A DNA stretch of 64,000 bases from an uncultured Prevotella sp. (GCF_937922495.1 NZ_CALAIU010000021.1), one strand, 5' to 3'. Positions 8,415-19,095 are shown, counted from the stretch's first letter. The notes: generated by a model from the letters alone, not told the origin. A program made the numbers and translations.

Positions 8415-10742
8415 CTATTTCATCATTACTTTCACACTTTCCTTCACATTGCCGCCTGCTACCTTCAGGATAATCAAACCCTCGGTCTTCGGCAGATAGA
8501 TACTGGTGTTCGTGCCGTTGAACTTGTGCGTTCCTATCAGTGCGCCGTTGATATCGTATGCGTTGATTGTGAAGCTGTCCTTGGCCTGCGCTCCGTCAAC
8601 ATTCACGATGACAATTCCGCTGAATGCCTGCACGAGGCGCACCTTCTTGCCGTCGCTTTTGGCCTCCTGGATGCATCCGATGCCCAATGTCTGGCTGCCG
8701 AACGAAACGCTCTTGTCTGCCAGTCCCAGTTCTATCGCTCCGAGGTCTGGAGCTGCGCCTGCATAGCGTATCGCCGGAACGCTCACGCCCTGCGCCTTGT
8801 ATCTGTCGCTCGCCTCCACTGCGGTTCCCTTGTCCACGAGCAGTGCATTGCCTTCCAGCGGACGCGCCCATGTAAGGTTGTCCCATTTCCAGTCGCCGTT
8901 GGCATCGCGGTCAGCGATTAGTTCGGCGTAGCTGTCCTCGCTCAACACATTTGACGGGTCCACGTTGAGATCGCTGGTCACCATTGTTCCCACGGAGAGT
9001 TCCGTTCTTCCATACTTTGTGCTCTTCTCGCCCCATTTCGTCGGGTCGTCGTGATGGCGGTCGGTCTTCAGATTGTCGTTGATGGCGATGCAGTTTGTCG
9101 CCACGAGTTCGTGTCCAGCCGCAATCGGTTCGTATGCCCTGTATGAGTATGCTTTCTTCAGCGTATTGCCGGCAACCGTCTTCAGCGCATAGCCCGTGCA
9201 GTTGTTCATGATGATGTCGCCGGAGTTATGGTTCTGGTCGAAGCCCTTGTTCACGTTGTTCACGGCAATGCAGCGGTTGAGCACCACGTTCATCGCTCCC
9301 TGGTCCGAGCCGCATTTGAATCCATTTCCGTTGCCCTCCGTCACTGTGCCGTTGATGATGGCGTTCTCGTAGGCAAGGCAATTCTCGAACACGATCGTCA
9401 CATTGTCTTCGAATCCGCCCGACTTCTTGAAGAACACGTCATAGCCGTCGTCGGAGTTGTTGTATGCACGGCAGCCATAGAAGTAGTTGCCGGTTCCTAC
9501 GGAAATCTTCGGCGCGAAGCCGTCGGCATCGCCGTCTCCCTCGTCCTTGTTCTCGAAGGCGTCGCAGTTGAGCACGTAATTATAGGATGCAAGGTTTTTC
9601 ATCTGCACTCCGGTGTCGCCGTTTTTATAGAATTTGCAGTCTTCTATGATATTGTCGTGTGCGTCCTGCGTGCGGTTCTTGATGTCTGATGCCGAACCGC
9701 CGGTAGGCTTGTTGCGCTCGATGAGGAGTCCGTTGTCGCTGGCGTTCGTCACGTCCACGTGGTAGAAATGCCAGTATGACGAGGTAAGTCGTATTCCCTG
9801 GTATGGGTTGTCGCTATGTCCGTGTTGCGGATGGTCGCAGTTTATCACGGCCCTGCCGTTCAGACAGACGAGAGAGTTGTAGTTGTCTGCCGTGCCGTTG
9901 CGGTCGTTGATGTTTATCCTCTCCGTCGGACGGTATTCGCCCGGAGCCAGATAGATTGTCGTGCCCGGGTCCACGGCCTTGTCGACAGCGAGCTGTATGC
10001 TTGCCAGCGGAGCAGCCTCCGAGAGTCCGTCGTTGGTGTCGCTGCCCGTAGGCGATACGTATAAGGCGGGGCCGCTGCCGAGTCCTGGCGTGGCGATGGG
10101 CTGGCTGCCGGTCATATAGTTGAGGCCCGGAGTCTGGTCGTTGGGGTTATCGGGGTTGTCGGGCGATGCCGTTCCGCCTCCGCCGATTGTCTCCTCGTCG
10201 CCGATGGCTATATTATATATGTACATACCTCCGGTGATTCCGATTGTCACCGTTCCGTCTGCCAGCACCTTTCCGCTGCCCGTCTGATGCGTCTTGCCTG
10301 TTGACGACGGGAAGGTCCCGTCTACGTTTGTGAGCGCAAGCGAACGGGTTGCCGACTTGTTTGATGTCATGTATTCTATCTTCAGCATGTCGCCTGCCTT
10401 GCAGTCTGGTATAACCACGGAACTGGCATCGCCAAGCCACAGCGTACCGGTGCTGCCGCCCAGGCGCACATTGCCGTTGCTGTTTGCCGTTACGGTAAAA
10501 AGCAGGCTTTCGGTGGTTTTGAGTTCCGTTCCGTTTGCCTTCAGCGGAGCATTGTCGATGGCGAGCACATAACAGTAGCGGCTCTTTGAATCGGTCATCC
10601 AGTCAGCGTCTGCCTTGATGTTGCTGACGTCTTCTGCCGCCACGGACGTGAGGTTCCATCTACGCACAACAGCCGTCTCGTCCTGCGCAAAGGAAGCAGT
10701 AAACGACACTGCCGCCATTGCAAGCATAAAAAATTTCTTCAT
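8415..10742 (-). CDS. Secreted right-handed parallel beta-helix protein with T9SS C-terminal domain
   Basis: Signal peptide, then repeated N-x-x-I/V-x-N beta-helix rungs (NCDAFENK, NCLAYENA, NRCIAVNN, NNCTGY), with a C-terminal Por secretion tail (...IILKVAGGNVKESVKVMMK). Confidence 0.65.
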   Translation of the reverse strand: MKKFFMLAMAAVSFTASFAQDETAVVRRWNLTSVAAEDVSNIKADADWMTDSKSRYCYVLAIDNAPLKANGTELKTTESLLFTVTANSNGNVRLGGSTGTLWLGDASSVVIPDCKAGDMLKIEYMTSNKSATRSLALTNVDGTFPSSTGKTHQTGSGKVLADGTVTIGITGGMYIYNIAIGDEETIGGGGTASPDNPDNPNDQTPGLNYMTGSQPIATPGLGSGPALYVSPTGSDTNDGLSEAAPLASIQLAVDKAVDPGTTIYLAPGEYRPTERININDRNGTADNYNSLVCLNGRAVINCDHPQHGHSDNPYQGIRLTSSYWHFYHVDVTNASDNGLLIERNKPTGGSASDIKNRTQDAHDNIIEDCKFYKNGDTGVQMKNLASYNYVLNCDAFENKDEGDGDADGFAPKISVGTGNYFYGCRAYNNSDDGYDVFFKKSGGFEDNVTIVFENCLAYENAIINGTVTEGNGNGFKCGSDQGAMNVVLNRCIAVNNVNKGFDQNHNSGDIIMNNCTGYALKTVAGNTLKKAYSYRAYEPIAAGHELVATNCIAINDNLKTDRHHDDPTKWGEKSTKYGRTELSVGTMVTSDLNVDPSNVLSEDSYAELIADRDANGDWKWDNLTWARPLEGNALLVDKGTAVEASDRYKAQGVSVPAIRYAGAAPDLGAIELGLADKSVSFGSQTLGIGCIQEAKSDGKKVRLVQAFSGIVIVNVDGAQAKDSFTINAYDINGALIGTHKFNGTNTSIYLPKTEGLIILKVAGGNVKESVKVMMK

Positions 10743-10810
10743 TTCGATTTTAATAGATTGTTAGATATAATTGTTAGTAGATTCTGATCGGTTTGATAGT
10801 TTTTCTGTTG

Positions 10811-10818
10811 CAAATTTA
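10811..10818 (-). promoter_or_regulatory. Putative -7 box TAaaTTTG for the beta-helix gene
   Basis: The minus strand reads tatttAAATTTGcaacag, about 65 nt upstream of the ATG. Confidence 0.4.
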
Positions 10819-10949
10819 AATAAAAGTTGAAGAATGTGTTCTTATACTGGCTTCTTATTCCACGCAAACGTTTACGCAGAACCACAATTATATGTTATAC
10901 AACATAATAACATATTATACACTAAGTGGTTAAGCCGCTTTTTCCGGTT

Positions 10950-11045
10950 GAAAAGCATTGCTCTTTTGGTCGTGCGACTACAATGAGGCATATTTCTCAC
11001 TATAATAATGAGACGAATGGATGACTATAATGAGATGAATTTTCC
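10950..11045. repeat. Palindromic repeat element, copy 2 (degenerate)
   Basis: TGAAAAGCATTGCTCTTTTGGTCGTGCGACTACAATGAG followed by degenerate palindromes (CTCACTATAATAATGAGA, GACTATAATGAGA). Confidence 0.7.
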
Positions 11046-11049
11046 TACC

Positions 11050-12081
11050 TTAGAATTTCAGATCGGAAAACTTGCGTATACCTTTTATATAATACTGCCA
11101 GAGGATTGAGAAGGAATAGACACCGTTGACGCAGCCCGTGGGGAGCATCCTCGTGGACTGTATGCGCTCGCGGTCGGCAGCGAAATCCTTTTTCCAGCGC
11201 TTGAAGTCGCGACGCGCCCGCACCACAGCCCTGAAGTCGCCCCAGCTTCTGCCGAGGATGAGCATCTGGAAGGCTGCCACCCAATCGAGCACGAAGCGCA
11301 TACGCATCACGCCGGGGAGTTCGCTGTCGGAGAGGTTTTTGTAGAGCATCGTGAGATTGTTGCGGAAATTGAGGTAGGTCTTCATCGGATTGCCCTTGGG
11401 CAAAGTGCCGCCGCCCACATGATACACCACGCTGTCAGGGATGCACACCCCTGCCCTGCCCTGCAGACGAAGGCGCCAGCAGAGGTCTATCTCCTCATTG
11501 TGGGCGAAGAAGCGTCCGTCGAGTCCGCCCGTCTTCCAATAGTCCTGCGCCCTTATCATCAGGCATGCCCCCGTAGCCCAGAGTACCTCCGTGGTGTAAT
11601 CGTATTGCCCGTCATCATCCTCCACGGAGTCGAAGATACGCCCGCGGCAGAAGGGGTAGCCGTATTTGTCGAGATAGCCGCCTGCCGCTCCGGCATATTC
11701 AAAGGCATTCTTGTTTTGTTCCGACAGGAGCTTGGGCTGACAGAAGGCAACCTCGTAATGGTTGTCCATATATTCCACAAGGGGCGTGAGCCAATGGTGG
11801 GTCACCTCCACATCGCTGTTGAGCAAGACGTAGAGCTCGGCATCAATCTGCCCGAGTGCCTTGTTGTAGCCCTCGGCAAAGCCCCAGTTCTTGTCGAACT
11901 GTATGACTCTGACCTGTGGGAACTGCTCCTTCAGCATCAATATGGAACCGTCGGTGGAGGCATTGTCGGCGACATACACCACTCCTCCGTCTTCAGCGGA
12001 ATATTCCAACACCGAGGGAAGATACTTGCGGAGCATCTTCTCGCCATTCCAATTCAATATCACTATAGCTACCTTGTCCAT
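11050..12081 (-). CDS. Family 2 glycosyltransferase
   Basis: VAIVILNWNGEKMLRKYLPSV...VADNASTDGS is a GT-A N-terminal signature. The protein is 343 aa. Confidence 0.75.
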   Translation of the reverse strand: MDKVAIVILNWNGEKMLRKYLPSVLEYSAEDGGVVYVADNASTDGSILMLKEQFPQVRVIQFDKNWGFAEGYNKALGQIDAELYVLLNSDVEVTHHWLTPLVEYMDNHYEVAFCQPKLLSEQNKNAFEYAGAAGGYLDKYGYPFCRGRIFDSVEDDDGQYDYTTEVLWATGACLMIRAQDYWKTGGLDGRFFAHNEEIDLCWRLRLQGRAGVCIPDSVVYHVGGGTLPKGNPMKTYLNFRNNLTMLYKNLSDSELPGVMRMRFVLDWVAAFQMLILGRSWGDFRAVVRARRDFKRWKKDFAADRERIQSTRMLPTGCVNGVYSFSILWQYYIKGIRKFSDLKF

Positions 12082-12243
12082 CTTTTTCTCATTTATTATA
12101 TTATATCTCCTGTCGCCGGATTTGTTTCAGACTCAGCATTGAAACAGAATTCAGATTCCCGATTAGAAGCAGTTCCTGATTTCTCTTCCCTGATGTCTCT
12201 TTTCTGATTCCTAATTAGAAATGATTTCTGATTCCTGTCCAAC

Positions 12244-13608
12244 TCAAATTATCTCGCATTTCAGCGCCGACTTGTCGCGGTTGAAATCACCGAGGCGCAC
12301 CATCACGAGCTGGTTGTCGAGCTCATCAGACGACAATGCGGCAGGAAGTTCCACGCGCACGTAGTTCTTCGTGAATCCGTGCATCGCCTTTCCCTTCGGG
12401 GCTTTCTCGAAGAGCACCTCGGCCTCCGTGCCGATATAACTGGCATAGAAGGCGTGCTGCTTCTCGTCCGACATATCCAGCAGGCGCTTGCTGCGGAGTT
12501 TCTTGTCCTTGTCCGCCACCACATAGGGGATGCGTAGGGCTGCGGTGCCCGGGCGCTCGGAATAAGGGAACACATGGAGATGGGTCACATCAAGACCCTT
12601 GAGGAATTCGTAGGTCTCCTCAAACAGTTCCGGTGTCTCACCTCTCGTGCCCACCATCACGTCCACTCCGATGAAGGCATCAGGCATGAACTTCTTGATA
12701 AGCCGTATCTTGTGGGCAAACAGGGCTGAATCGTAGCGGCGGTGCATGAGCTTCAACACGGCATCCGAACCGCTCTGCAACGGAATATGGAAATGTGGCA
12801 TGAACGCCCGGCTGTGGGCGCAGTATTCTATCAGGTCATCCGAAAGGAGGTCGGGCTCCAGACTGCTTATCCTGTAACGCTTTATCTCCTCCACCCCGTC
12901 GAGGGCTTTCACGAGGTCGAGGAAGCTCTCATGCGTAGTGGCACCGAAGTCGCCTATATTCACTCCCGTGAGCACAATCTCCTTTCCGCCTTCGGCGGCT
13001 GCCTGCCGTGCCTGGTCCACCAATGAGGCGATGGACGGGTTACGGCTAAAACCGCGGGCATAAGGGATGGTGCAGTAAGTGCAGAAATAATCGCAGCCAT
13101 CCTGCACCTTGAGGAAAAAGCGGGTGCGGTTGCCGCGCGAACAGCTCGGTGTGAAGGTCTTGATGTCCTTCGTCTTGACGGAATAGAACTTGTGCTGCGC
13201 GTTATCGCCAGCCGACAGGGCATCCGAATCGGCCTGCGCCGATGTCCATGCGTCGGAGAGATACTGTATGAGGTTCGCCTTCTCGTTGGCACCAAGCACG
13301 AGGTCAACACCCTCTATCCTGGAGATTGTCTCCGCTTCGAGCTGCGCATAACAGCCCGTCACGACTACAAACGCCCCCGGGTGCTGCCTCACCATGCGGT
13401 GGATTGCCTGACGGCATTTGTGGTCGGCTACCTCAGTCACGGAACACGTGTTTATCAAACATATATCCGCCTTCTCGCCTTCTTCCACGGTTCTTACACC
13501 CATATCCTGAAGAAGTCTGCCGAAAGTGGAGGTTTCGGAAAAGTTCAACTTGCAGCCAAGCGTGAAATAGGCTGACGTCTTACCTTGAAATACCGATGAG
13601 TCTATCAT
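12244..13608 (-). CDS. mtaB: tRNA methylthiotransferase MtaB (radical SAM MiaB/RimO family)
   Basis: N-terminal MTTase domain (FTLGCKLNFSETS), radical SAM CxxxCxxC (CDYFCTYC) and a C-terminal TRAM domain. The start is placed at the internal Met (MIDSS...) of track ORF 12244..13731. Confidence 0.7.
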   Translation of the reverse strand: MIDSSVFQGKTSAYFTLGCKLNFSETSTFGRLLQDMGVRTVEEGEKADICLINTCSVTEVADHKCRQAIHRMVRQHPGAFVVVTGCYAQLEAETISRIEGVDLVLGANEKANLIQYLSDAWTSAQADSDALSAGDNAQHKFYSVKTKDIKTFTPSCSRGNRTRFFLKVQDGCDYFCTYCTIPYARGFSRNPSIASLVDQARQAAAEGGKEIVLTGVNIGDFGATTHESFLDLVKALDGVEEIKRYRISSLEPDLLSDDLIEYCAHSRAFMPHFHIPLQSGSDAVLKLMHRRYDSALFAHKIRLIKKFMPDAFIGVDVMVGTRGETPELFEETYEFLKGLDVTHLHVFPYSERPGTAALRIPYVVADKDKKLRSKRLLDMSDEKQHAFYASYIGTEAEVLFEKAPKGKAMHGFTKNYVRVELPAALSSDELDNQLVMVRLGDFNRDKSALKCEII

Positions 13609-13963
13609 ATTATATATGTATTTATGTTTTTCCGCAGCGGACAAAGCTGATGGCCGGAAAATACCTATGTGGCATCCGACGTTAACCTTATTATATATAT
13701 AGCCGCAGAATAATGTCTGCAAAGGTAGCACAAAAATCCGACTTTCTGCGTATACGCCCCCTTTGTTTTTATCCTACAGCGGAAAACAATCAAACAAAAA
13801 ACATATGGATTTCTACGTTTGTAAGGGCGCACAGAAATCTTTATACATTATTTAACATATTATTTCATTTTGTATTTACTTGATTATAAGCAACTTATAA
13901 AAAAGTTACAAAAACACGATAAAAAAAACACTAAAAAAGAGAACAACGTATTGGAAAATTACT

Positions 13964-13971
13964 TACCTTTG
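13964..13971 (+). promoter_or_regulatory. -7 box TAccTTTG for the small lipoprotein gene
   Basis: aaaattacTTACCTTTGcatcg, about 50 nt upstream of the ATG at 14024. Confidence 0.55.
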
Positions 13972-14023
13972 CATCGTTTTGATAAACAAATGATTGTTTT
14001 ACAGATTTAAAAAGCAAAGAAAA

Positions 14024-14188
14024 ATGAAAAAATTGGTTTTAATGTTCGTAGCTATCGCAGCTATCTCTTTCGCATCTTGTGGTAACAAAACAGCTCAGGC
14101 TACTGGCGCTGACACTGACACTGTAGCAGTTGATTCAGCTGCTGATTCAGTTGCTGTTGATACAGTTGCTACTGACTCAGTTAAGTAA
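14024..14188 (+). CDS. Small repetitive lipoprotein (54 aa; mature part about 35 aa)
   Basis: MKKLVLMFVAIAAISFASCGNK carries a lipobox. The tail is repetitive D/S/T/V/A (DTVAVDSAADSVAVDTVATDSVK). The gene is bracketed by its own promoter and a strong terminator. Confidence 0.55.
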   Translation: MKKLVLMFVAIAAISFASCGNKTAQATGADTDTVAVDSAADSVAVDTVATDSVK

Positions 14189-14218
14189 TTTGCGAAAGCG
14201 AACTTAAAGAGAAAGTAA

Positions 14219-14250
14219 GTCGCGGGACTCAGTCCTGCGACTTTTTTTTG
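14219..14250 (+). terminator. Rho-independent terminator
   Basis: GTCGCGGGACTC-AGTCCTGCGAC stem followed by TTTTTTTT. Confidence 0.85.
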
Positions 14251-14601
14251 TTTATATACACCAAGCATATTCAAAACTACAGAATAAGACAAAGCATTAA
14301 TAGTGCTAACTACATTATCCAAAGCTTTTCTCCCCTCTGTTAGCACCCAGACAATAAGACTATCACAAAAACGAAGAATACAGCCCTTATTTTGTTATAT
14401 TTCATGTTGTATTTTGGCAAATGAGAGAAATTACATGGTTTTTGATAGGATTTGCAAGTTTTTTGGAAGAAATTGCCATTTATATTTGTTCTTTGAATGC
14501 TTATCTTTGCATAAGATTGGCTGCACTCGGCAATCTGAAAACAAGTTTTCATTGCGCTCGCTTGCACAATCTTTGCATAATAACACATAAAATAATCAAT
14601 T

Positions 14602-16395
14602 ATGAATAGACTAACACCTTTTATGCTGTTCATGATGACGATATTGACATCATGCAACACCACTGACAGCAATGACTACATCACGGCTATCCCTTATCAG
14701 GAAACAGAAGACGGTATGTGGGGAATGATTACCACAGAGGGAGAAGTGCTGTTCTCCAAGGAGTTCAAGAATGAACCTACCGTGGTAAAAGACGGTATGT
14801 TCATGGTTAGAAACGAAGACAACAACTGGGAGATATACAAAGCTGAAAAGAAACCGAAAAAGATTGGCAGCGAATATACTGCCGCCACTCTCTTCTGCAA
14901 TGGTAGGGCTTTGGTTTGCGAGAAGGACAATTATATAACTATTATCGACACTGACGGAAATACAATCAAGACTATCGACAAGATTGACGACAAGCCGGTA
15001 AGTATGGTATTACCTTTTTATGAAGGCTTTGCCAAATACATGACTGACGAATGCTACGGAATCATCGACGAGGATGGCAACCCTATTATCCCCGCCGACT
15101 ATTGTTTAATAACAGACTGCAGCGACGGTAAGTTTATTGGAGTTAACAAAAAATACAGTACATATTACTGGAACAACCATTTTGATAAGATAAAATATAC
15201 CATACTGAACACAAAGGGAGAGATTCTCTTTGAGATTGACGGAACAGAATACAACCAAGTCACGAAATTCGAAAACGGACTGCTACCAGTATACATCATT
15301 AACGGCAATACTGAGATGTGGGGTATCATCAACGAGAAGCAGGAAGTGGTGGTGAAGCCAACCAAGGATATCATGGGCATCATTGAAATAAGAAACAACA
15401 TGTTCACCTATTACAATAAGGACGGATGGGGGCTCATGAATACAGAAGGGAAGATTCTGATAAAACCGAAATACAACACCCTGTCATTCGACGGCGACGA
15501 CAGACTACAGGCATACTATCTTGACAAGGACGAAAAAGGACACGTCAAGTTTATAGACACAAACGATAACCAGCTGTGCAAAGAGACTTTCTCCTATGCT
15601 ACAAAATTCTCGGAACTCGACAATATGCATTCATTGGTACAAATGCAAGACAATAGCTGGTCGATTATCAACGACAAATATGAACACGTTGCAAACCTTC
15701 CCAAAATAGCAAATGCAGAATATAAGTTAGGCGATAATCCTGTAGAGTGTAACTTCGTAGATATTGCAAAAATACTCGACGAGCTACAGATTAGCCAAAA
15801 CGGAATGGAAGGTGTGACATTCCAATCATCACCAAAGACTGTTGTTGAGAAGCTTATAAAATACCGTGATAATGAAGACCACAGATACCCAAAGGCATCA
15901 GCATACTGGTTTCAAAACCAGTCAATATACGAATACTATAAGACGATAAACAACCTGTATGCCTCGGTGGAAATAGAATTTTACGGCAATATGAGCCGGG
16001 CTATTTCCGACCCAAAAGAAGCAGGCAACGAGGATGTGAAATGGTATAAAAACGATATGGGCATACCATACGCTTACCTCTGGAACGACGAGAAGATAAA
16101 GTCATTCCGACTGGAATTCGCCAACGATGCCATGATGAGAGGCAAACTGAGCAGGATGCTTGATGAATTAAAGAAACACTTCAAGAAAGCGGGACGAGTG
16201 GTAAAGGAAAACGACGGTGCCATAGTGATTGCTCTCGACAACTACAAAACCGCCTTTATATATATGAAACCCAAGAAGGTGGTAGCCACATGGGGTGACA
16301 TCGGTTATCCGGAGGATTTCAACATCTCGGAATATGACGGTATTAAGGAAGACCTCTCCAATAAGATTTACGAAGAAGAATATGGCGAGAACTAA
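14602..16395 (+). CDS. WG-repeat (KWG-like beta-repeat) lipoprotein
   Basis: Lipoprotein signal (MMTILTSC). Repeated WG-containing units (WGMITTEGEVLF, WGIINEKQEVVVKP, WGLMNTEGKILIKPKY). Confidence 0.6.
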   Translation: MNRLTPFMLFMMTILTSCNTTDSNDYITAIPYQETEDGMWGMITTEGEVLFSKEFKNEPTVVKDGMFMVRNEDNNWEIYKAEKKPKKIGSEYTAATLFCNGRALVCEKDNYITIIDTDGNTIKTIDKIDDKPVSMVLPFYEGFAKYMTDECYGIIDEDGNPIIPADYCLITDCSDGKFIGVNKKYSTYYWNNHFDKIKYTILNTKGEILFEIDGTEYNQVTKFENGLLPVYIINGNTEMWGIINEKQEVVVKPTKDIMGIIEIRNNMFTYYNKDGWGLMNTEGKILIKPKYNTLSFDGDDRLQAYYLDKDEKGHVKFIDTNDNQLCKETFSYATKFSELDNMHSLVQMQDNSWSIINDKYEHVANLPKIANAEYKLGDNPVECNFVDIAKILDELQISQNGMEGVTFQSSPKTVVEKLIKYRDNEDHRYPKASAYWFQNQSIYEYYKTINNLYASVEIEFYGNMSRAISDPKEAGNEDVKWYKNDMGIPYAYLWNDEKIKSFRLEFANDAMMRGKLSRMLDELKKHFKKAGRVVKENDGAIVIALDNYKTAFIYMKPKKVVATWGDIGYPEDFNISEYDGIKEDLSNKIYEEEYGEN

Positions 16396-16567
16396 TGTTC
16401 TGAAACATCTCATTTCGAAGAACCTACGGATGGAAACAGTCATGAAATGAACAATGACTTTGCAAGTTGAATTGAACAAAAAAACGAGTAGACAAGTAGA
16501 TTGGCCTTACTCTTTCAAGAAGGCAGTCTTCCTTGTCTCCTGATTTCGTCACTCAAGAAAATTACAC

Positions 16568-16628
16568 CATAAAACGCATCTAAGAAACGCTGCCATCAGT
16601 AAACACAAGTTTCACCGACGGCAGCGTT
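16568..16628 (-). terminator. Putative terminator of yggS
   Basis: 9 bp stem AACGCTGCC/GGCAGCGTT with a 24 nt loop, followed by a U-rich stretch on the minus strand. Confidence 0.45.
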
Positions 16629-16648
16629 ATCATTAAAGTACTTCATCA

Positions 16649-17329
16649 TCAATACACACGTGGACCAAAGATTGTTGTACCTACTCTGACCATTGTACTA
16701 CAACACTCTACTGCTATCTTATAGTCATGACTCATTCCCCACGACCGCTCACAGAAAGCGTCATCGTCGGCAAAGTATTCCGCCTTCACCTCATCGAAGA
16801 AGTCGGCAGCCTGCATGAATTCGCTTCGAATCTGGTCTTCATCGTCCACATTCGATGCCATCATCATGATTCCGCTGATATGCACATTCTTCAATTCACG
16901 CCATTCCCCGTCGGCAAGGAGCTGGCGGCAGGCATCGGGAGTCAACCCGTATTTGGTTGCCTCCTGGGCGATATGAAGCTCAAGGAGAACGTTGATCACG
17001 CGGTCGTGCTTCGCAGCCTGCTTGTTTATTTCCTTCAACAGCTTAATGGAGTCAACCGCCTCAATCATGTCAATATACGGGGCAATGTATTTCACCTTGT
17101 TAGTCTGCAGATGTCCGATGAAATGCCACTGTATGTCATCCGGCATTGTCGCCTGCTTCTTGGAGAGCTCCTGTTCGTGGCTCTCGCCGAAGATACGCTG
17201 CCCCTCATCGTATGCTGCCTGCAGATACTCATTGGGATGAAACTTGCTGACAGCCACAAGGCGCACGCCCTCTGGAAGGTCAGCGAGCACTTTATGCAAG
17301 TTTCCTGCTACATCATAGTCCATAAACAA
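16649..17329 (-). CDS. yggS: YggS-family pyridoxal-phosphate homeostasis protein
   Basis: VAVSKFHPNEYLQAAYDEGQRIFGES...WHFIGHLQTNKVKYI, 226 aa. Confidence 0.85.
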   Translation of the reverse strand: MFMDYDVAGNLHKVLADLPEGVRLVAVSKFHPNEYLQAAYDEGQRIFGESHEQELSKKQATMPDDIQWHFIGHLQTNKVKYIAPYIDMIEAVDSIKLLKEINKQAAKHDRVINVLLELHIAQEATKYGLTPDACRQLLADGEWRELKNVHISGIMMMASNVDDEDQIRSEFMQAADFFDEVKAEYFADDDAFCERSWGMSHDYKIAVECCSTMVRVGTTIFGPRVY

Positions 17330-17408
17330 ATTCCTTTCTGTTTGTTATTCAGCTGATTATATTGTGATATATTATTGTCCGGGTTATACGCCGGACCGGT
17401 CTTACCGT

Positions 17409-17954
17409 CTATTCGGCAACCGCTTCGGGTTCTGATGCACCTGTTGCCGCAGCGTCCTGCTGCTCATATTCGGGAACGTCGTTTGCCTCGGGCTCCTTGG
17501 TCTTCATGTCTGCGCCATGCTCAAACACGTCCATTATCTGCGTTTCGGCAACAGAAGCTATTGCATAGTCTATCATCGTCTTGCCCATCACCTCGTCGAT
17601 ATTGTGGACAGCACCATTGAATGTGGCGGCATGAACGAGATAGTTCACGTTACTTCTCTTCTCCTTTTCCGTCTTCTCGTCGAGGGTGATAAACTGCAGT
17701 TTTGCCTTATACCATCGGTCGGCTGTCGGTTCGTCGCTGAAGAAGATTTCGCCGTATGGAGCCTTCTTTATGTCGCGCACCTCGAATTCGCCGCTTATAT
17801 AGGCAGACATCTCCTCTGTAATCGTCTTTTCAGCTTCTGTAAAGCTCAATGCGTCAACCACATAAAGCTCTGTCACCTTCTTCTGCATTCCGTCTTCCAT
17901 CATCTTTTCATAACGGATCTTACACTCAAACCATGTTGTTGTTCTTGTTCTCAT
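17409..17954 (-). CDS. Conserved Bacteroidetes hypothetical protein (DUF4494-like)
   Basis: 181 aa, acidic C-terminus, no signal peptide. The family assignment is from memory and tentative. Confidence 0.4.
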   Translation of the reverse strand: MRTRTTTWFECKIRYEKMMEDGMQKKVTELYVVDALSFTEAEKTITEEMSAYISGEFEVRDIKKAPYGEIFFSDEPTADRWYKAKLQFITLDEKTEKEKRSNVNYLVHAATFNGAVHNIDEVMGKTMIDYAIASVAETQIMDVFEHGADMKTKEPEANDVPEYEQQDAAATGASEPEAVAE

Positions 17955-18063
17955 CTTTATATTTGAATTATTTTTTTGATATCCTTATTGATTATTATCT
18001 CTTTGATTTTATCTTTATCTGCTTGATTTGGGAGCTTCACCCGTATTTGTCCAATCTTGACTC

Positions 18064-18969
18064 TCAAGACAGCAGCAGTCCCAAAGACAGCGTCAGTCCA
18101 TATACGAACATATTGCGGGCTGTATCGGCAAGCACAAGGTTCAACTGCCGCCCACTGCCTATCTTCACCATACGACGGTATGTGGCTATATGCATTATCA
18201 GATAAACAGTAGGCAGCAGCGGTGTCCAATATTTCCCATAAACAGCAAACACCACACCCATCAAGGAAGCTATTATGCCAAGCCACAGATAGAGGAGTCT
18301 GCCTTTATCTGCACCTATCATTACTATCAGTGTCTTCTTCCCTGCACGGCGGTCGTTGTCAATATCCCTGTAGTTGTTTACCACGAGCAGCGTGTCTATA
18401 ACCAGTCCACATGCCAACGAGGCGAGAAAGACAACCCATGTACATGTGTCTGTCTGCAAGTAATACGTGGCGCAAACGGGCACGATGCCAAAAAACACAA
18501 GCACGAGCAGATCGCCAAGTCCGCGTGAGGCAAGCAGCGTGGTGTAAAGGAAACAGAACACCACACACAACGCCCCTACGAGTATCATCTCCACGCCGCC
18601 ATAGATAACCAGCGGCAGACCGATGATGCAGGCAATCACGGTGGTAATGACTATCCCCACCTTCATCTTCGCCACGTCTATCCATCCCATTGCACAGGCA
18701 CGGGCTGGTCCGAGCCGCTGTTCGTCGTCCTTGCCGCTGATGAAATCGAAATAGTCGTTCACGAAATTCGCATCAATCTGCATCACGAAGGCAAAGAGCG
18801 CGCACAATACAGCCGGAATGATTCTGAAACCGTTGCCTTGCAAATCGGTATACGCCATAGCCAAGGCTATCATCACAGGGACAGATGCCCCGGTAAGGGT
18901 CTTTGGTCTGGCGGCAAGCAGCCATGCCTTGAAAGAGTTTTTCCGTATAATTTCCTTATCCATTTTCAT
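18064..18969 (-). CDS. menA: 1,4-dihydroxy-2-naphthoate octaprenyltransferase (UbiA family)
   Basis: UbiA-family motifs NDYFDFISGKDD and DIDNDRRAGKKTL. The protein has about 8 TM helices. Confidence 0.8.
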   Translation of the reverse strand: MKMDKEIIRKNSFKAWLLAARPKTLTGASVPVMIALAMAYTDLQGNGFRIIPAVLCALFAFVMQIDANFVNDYFDFISGKDDEQRLGPARACAMGWIDVAKMKVGIVITTVIACIIGLPLVIYGGVEMILVGALCVVFCFLYTTLLASRGLGDLLVLVFFGIVPVCATYYLQTDTCTWVVFLASLACGLVIDTLLVVNNYRDIDNDRRAGKKTLIVMIGADKGRLLYLWLGIIASLMGVVFAVYGKYWTPLLPTVYLIMHIATYRRMVKIGSGRQLNLVLADTARNMFVYGLTLSLGLLLS

Positions 18970-19095
18970 TTATATTCGTCGCCACATTACGCAAAACTGC
19001 GAGATATACGCCATAACAGACTATAAACCAACTACTATACGCAGATAAAACGACGCAAAAGCAGCGAACTTCTTGCAAAAATAAACATTAAATCG

